From Intoshia linei (Eukaryota > Animalia > Orthonectida): DNA of 37,989 nucleotides. The stretch is taken from positions 1 through 37,989 of the forward strand of contig LWCA01000234.1 in NCBI GenBank assembly GCA_001642005.1, in the 5' to 3' direction. The notes under the pieces were generated by a model. The model was not told the origin of the DNA, did not search any database, and saw only the letters and a program-made list of their open reading frames with translations. A program made the translations under genes and the position numbers. Positions 32,549 through 37,989 of this stretch are shown here, piece after piece (position 1 is the first letter of the stretch; every line of letters begins with the position of its first letter).

Positions 32549-35500
32549 TTATTTAATTACATCCTTTAGAATTTTTTTGTTAATCTGCCGAGACCTGTAA
32601 ATGTCGTTTTCAAATTCTGTTTTCACTGGTACTTCTTCAATCATCTCAGGTTCAGGCTGTTGAATTTTATCAATAAAGTCCATTCCAGCTACAAGATTTT
32701 TTGACATTGATATAAATTCATTAATATTTTTTCCACTGTAATAATTTTCAGACGGTATGGTATCTTCATCGATAAATGGATATAGTCTATCATTTATATT
32801 TTTCCCATTTTTATATGATTCTTTGATGAATCCACTTTTTTCAGCTTCTATTTATATTTTATACAGATAAAATATTAATAAATACCTTTTTCTACATCAA
32901 CAGTGGATAATTGATTCATAATTTTATCAATATTTACAAATGGTCCCTAAAGTAAATAGTACGTATATTACAAAATAATACAATCAAATGTGCACGAAAA
33001 CTCGGGAATAAGCTCATAGTCAAACACTATGAAATACTAAGTTTTTGCAAAATAGACAATTAAAATTAAAATTTAGAACATTTTTAAACGGACCCTCCAA
33101 TAGTGGTCACTATTAATAATTTTAATATTATGAAAAACCTTATAATTAGTTGGAGCAGGCATACGTTTAATTAATTCGTTTGCTATGGGTGGAGGTGGGT
33201 ATGTTCCACCAATAATAGGATAAGTGTTCTCGTAATCTGAATTAAATGTTTTATAAATATACTTATTCTTGTACCTGGTGGTATAACTGGTTTAAATGGT
33301 AACATTTGCGAGCAATCAGGTAAAACCATATTTTCATCATTATGAAGATTCATCCTAGAAGAATCGTGAGCTACATTTGTTGACACAGAAGGCACATTAT
33401 CTTTAAAATTTGAAGATAAAATGAATGACTCATTGTTACTCTAAAATTTTATAAAAAAATAACGGAAATTGGAATACATCAAGGTGAAGCCACTCCTTGT
33501 AATCCTGGGAAAAGGGTTTCAAATCATAGAACCCATAACGTTCATTTAAATATTGAATTTCATCTCTTTTGTTAATCTTTATTTAAAAAGTTAAAAAAAT
33601 GATAAAAATATATAACCTGATTAATATAAGAAACCCTACGTCGATTTATATTTTTAATTGCAGACAAATCTCCAACAGTTAATTCAAAATCCAAAAAATT
33701 ATTCCATATGGATCTAAAATAAATTTAAATCTAAAAATATATAATTCTGCAACTTACATCATGTCTCCAGCCTTGTCATTGGAAGCGTTTGATTGATTAG
33801 AAATTATTCTTTCAAACATAACGCGAGTATTATTATCTTCATTTAAATGACAGATGAAAATTAAAATTATTTTTTGCAATTCAATCACATCTGGATGCTT
33901 CTTCATACCCAACTCCATAATTTTTAAAGTCACAGATTTATCTTTTGTACAGTAGTATTCCATCATTGCTGCTGCGATGTATATTTGATATTTACTACGA
34001 GAGTCTTCTCGTGCAATTTTAAAAATTTTTCTAGCTGACTTTATTCCATCTACTCTTTTAGAGAAACGCATGTACTGGATATAAGCCTAAATATCAAATA
34101 GAATTTTCTAAATACCACATATAGAACAGAAAGGTTATTTTATTAAAAACTTTCAGAGGAAATGGCCAAAACTATTCTAACACTGATAGATCATTACAGC
34201 TAATGAAATGAAGCTATACCAACTACATACATTAAAAAGAAAACGGCACAAAATGACTAATATAATTAGTACATTAATTAATATACTTTCCCGTATCAGC
34301 AAATATTTAATATAAATATTTATTCATTCAATCTTAATAGGACCCATCACTGCGATGCCATATGACTCATACATGTATGATATGAGGATTTTTTTTTTGT
34401 AAAAAACGAAGTATTTAAATGTGGTACACAACAATATTTGGGTAAATATTATTAATGTGATTCAACGATTTTAATATAATTAATATTCTCGAACATTGTT
34501 TTATATTTTAATGATTACCAAAGTTGGATCAGTATTTTCATTGTCAATGAGTTTTTGAAAGATTTTTACAACATTATCATACTTTTTATTCATCTAAATT
34601 TTTAAATTATAATTATAAAAGATTAGAACTTTCATTTAGCCTACCCGTTAAATTGACCAATATTCATATCATGTGTGCTTTCAATATGTTCAAAAAATAA
34701 AATGTTACAATAGACTGATTCTATTATGCTGCTTACGAGACTTATGCGACCTAATAAATTAATTCAAATTATCCTAAATAATTTATTTACGGAATTTTTA
34801 TTATTTTTCATAAGGATTTAATTACCACAATGTAAAAGAGGAGCATGTTACGCTAAATTTATCTACTAAAACGTTTGCAGGACAGAAAAAATCCAAGTTT
34901 TAATCTCTTTGAAGTTTAACCATGGAAACATGATTGAATTAATGCCTTAAAAAATTTTAGCTAATGAACCTGAAACATGTCTGGCCCAGTCCCCTATTCA
35001 TTACTAATATAAATATGCATTAGGCTAAATTCAAGTTATATGTTGTCCATTCATTAATTATAATCAACCTCCAGAAAATCACAATAAGCAAAAAATACAA
35101 TAGGTTCGTTTTTTACATGTGATTTGAATGCTCTTTCGTATACATTCATGGCATCTTTAGACAATTTTGATGCCCCAACTTGATCCTATATTCATATAAA
35201 TTTATTACTCTATAACAGTAGTTCCCAAACTTATCACTGTTACGACGCACCCAATATGTAAAACATTTTCTTAACACTTCAAATCGATTTTCCCGAAAAA
35301 TTTGATTGGTTTTGCTGAAAGTCCCAAAAAAAATGTGTACCCAAATGTTTAAACATTATTAAAATGACTCTAAAAACGTTTGGTGATTTGATTGTCTTAC
35401 AGACATATTGTATATTGAAAATTATAAATTACTCCCCTTTATTTTTTATTCATTTATAAATATTAAAGTAATTATTATCTAAAAATTATTCAATTTATGA

Positions 35501-37305
35501 ATTATCTTTTTAAAAGGTCGTGACGCACCTAATTTTGTCTTGCCACACACGGTTTGGGAACCACTGCTCTATACATTCTGATATATACAACTAATTGAGA
35601 TTAAATATTTTCAATATATTTTCATTTAAGGAAGAAATATTTATTCCCAATTTAATTAGTGAGAGGATTGTAAGACTTGCGACCAGTATTCCCTTTAATA
35701 CTACACCCAGTTTTACTACTTACTGATTTAAATAATTACCCCGATTGATAATAGCATATCGCTGCTTTCCTGTAAATATTGAGCAAATTTAAGCCAAATA
35801 TGAACACTCTGATTCATACACAAAAGACATTGTTCGTATGCAAACGTAACTATCAATATACATCAAATAATTAAATAGTTACCTCTTTTTATAACAACAT
35901 TTCTGTCTTGAGTCATGAGGGGGTTTGACTTTTCCCAATCAATATATTTCGTCCAGTATTTCAACTAAAATTTACATTTAAAAAACTTTTGTTTCTATTA
36001 CCTGATTTTTTAAATCATTTGAAATTTTTATAGGTATAGCTTCTAAATTTCGATTAATTTTACCAGAAAAATTTTCATATTCTTTCGCCACTCGTTTAGC
36101 ATTCTAATTGTTTATAATAAATAAAATAATTTCATTTTAAAATATACATTATATTCCTTGCTCAAATCATCTTGCATTTTTCGTCCTATCAAAGGGTTCA
36201 CACCCTAAATAATATTTATTAATAATTTATAAAAAAAACTACATTCTCAAAAGCACAATAGTCTCTCCAAATTGAATCAATTCCGTACATGGGTACTACA
36301 CAGGCTTTTCTATAAATTCGACGAACTGCCACAATCTGTTGATTTTCCGCATAATTACCGACAGCTTGTCTAATTGTTAGATTTAAATTGTTAATGAGAT
36401 TTAAATAAATTACATGTTTCTGAGAAATTTAATGTAATCTACATATACAGACTGTACGTTAAAATCGAGGCCCATATGACCAAGGACAAAATCATAATTT
36501 TCTGCAAATTTTTGACTAAATATTTTTTTAAAAATTGATAAAAGGAATATTACGCAACGGATACAATATTGGCTTTAGTGTCTTTTATATAATCTAGGTA
36601 TAATTTCCACAAATCAATGTGAAGTAAATTAAGCAAGGATCGTTCAAAGAGCTATAAATCAATTTCAAATACAATAAAATTGAAAACTTCACGTGTTTTT
36701 ACAATATAAATTATATTTAGCAATATTTCTGATTTATAATTTCATGATTCTCAATATCACAACATGGGCGAGGTATAAAAATTATGATGACCAATGTGAT
36801 TTGCAACTGTTATTTTTAATTTTTCGGCAATAAACGACCGACTAGACAATGTATGGACGTCCCAATATATAAAAAATTTAATGGGCCTACAATTTCCATC
36901 TGGCCCTGACCTAATGATGGTTCTCCACTGCCCTGAGTTAGTATAGTTATAAAAAAATATGCTGAATATAATAAATTAATTAACTACCTTGTCCACAATA
37001 TCATAATTTTTTTGGTCAATCTAATATAATAATTATATATATTTTGTTTTTATATAAGTTTTTTACTTCCATTTCAATATATTCCTTCCAAAATTTTGCA
37101 GATTTAGGGAAAATTTCAACAATTGTTTCAAATAATTTGCGTTTCTCTTCAAAATCAGTTGTCTCCTAGAATATTTTATTAAGTATTATATTATTCAATT
37201 TTTATATACGCAAATCAAAACACCCCAAGCATCAGAATCGTATTGTTGCTTTTCAACTCTCAGTTTTGCTCTATCTTTTAAACTGAGTATTTGAGAATTT
37301 GACAT
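32549..37305 (-). CDS. CSTF3: Cleavage stimulation factor 77 kDa subunit (suppressor of forked), ~19 exons
   Basis: Spliced exons give YDSDAWGVLI, FWKEYIEME, LHIDLWKLYL, AVGNYAENQQIVAVRRIY, YIDWEKSNPL, AYIQYMRFSKRVDGIKSAR, HLNEDNNTRVMFER, GPFVNID and terminal DIYRSRQ. Confidence 0.96.
35216..35566. mobile_element. hAT (Buster-like) MITE in a CSTF3 intron, 351 bp
   Basis: TIRs CAGTAGTTCCCAAAC and GTTTGGGAACCACTG; TSD CTCTATAA/CTCTATAC (7/8). Confidence 0.88.
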
Positions 37306-37989
37306 AAGTATGGATTCTAAAATTTAAACATACATTATATTTCAAATGTAAACATATAATTAATTATAATTATATATTTTTAATAAATTCCATACAACTT
37401 ATTCATAAAATATGTAATTCATTATTCTGATATTTATTTATCCATACTGTATTACTAAATTTTTTCAAATTATGGTCACCGAAAATTTTCTAATTGTGTT
37501 TTAATATTCATAGGTTTATGTACCTTATTTCTGCTCATCTTAAGGTTAGCATCTTCAACAATTATAATGTATTTATCATTAGAAGTAAGCCCGAAAATGG
37601 TTTTTGCACATCCATTACTAATATGTTCCATTTTGAATAAAAAATGCATTTTTTTTTAAATTTTATGAAATATTTCCAAAATTACAACCGTTGAGAATCA
37701 GTGTTACACTAGTAAAAATACATCTAATTAATTTTTATTTTTATAAGTTATTATAGTTAATATAAATTATAAATTTAAGTTAATACTTCGATTACTACTA
37801 TGTATCACATCTAAATAGGTAAAGATGACATAATAATGAAACATTTCAATTTCAAATTACGACCGTTTTGAAAACAATAAGAAACTCAAAATTCAAAGCT
37901 TGTATTAACCCATATACTCCCAGTGTGACCATATAGTCACACAACATTACATTTATAAAAACACGTATCAAATTGAAACAAAGTTAATT

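Overview
This is AT-rich eukaryotic (animal) genomic DNA in the standard genetic code. It has many very short GT-AG introns, several exactly 37 nt, which is reminiscent of the orthonectid Intoshia linei (inference, not verified). Hand splicing gives apparently complete CBP/p300 (+), TEX26-like (+), RPS19 (-), APEX1 (+) and CSTF3 (-) genes. It also gives partial genes: arfaptin-like (-), the 3' end of UBA2/SAE2 (-), three internal exons of an Uninflatable/SVEP1-like protein (+) and the first two exons of UTP11 (-). Introns and intergenic DNA hold DNA transposon remnants: hATm transposase relics and MITEs, other hAT MITEs with 8-bp TSDs, pogo-type elements, a piggyBac MITE and a non-autonomous Helitron family. 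The main oddities are: (i) UBA2, the Uif-like gene and UTP11 all break off at a pair of hATm MITE copies, one cut by the single N, pointing to a swapped segment or mis-assembly; (ii) RPS19 has an ~21-aa loop insertion; (iii) APEX1 may have alternative nuclear and mitochondrial N-termini; (iv) the CBP bromodomain pocket is divergent. No tRNA, rRNA or CRISPR array was recognised. All homology calls are from remembered motifs, not database searches.
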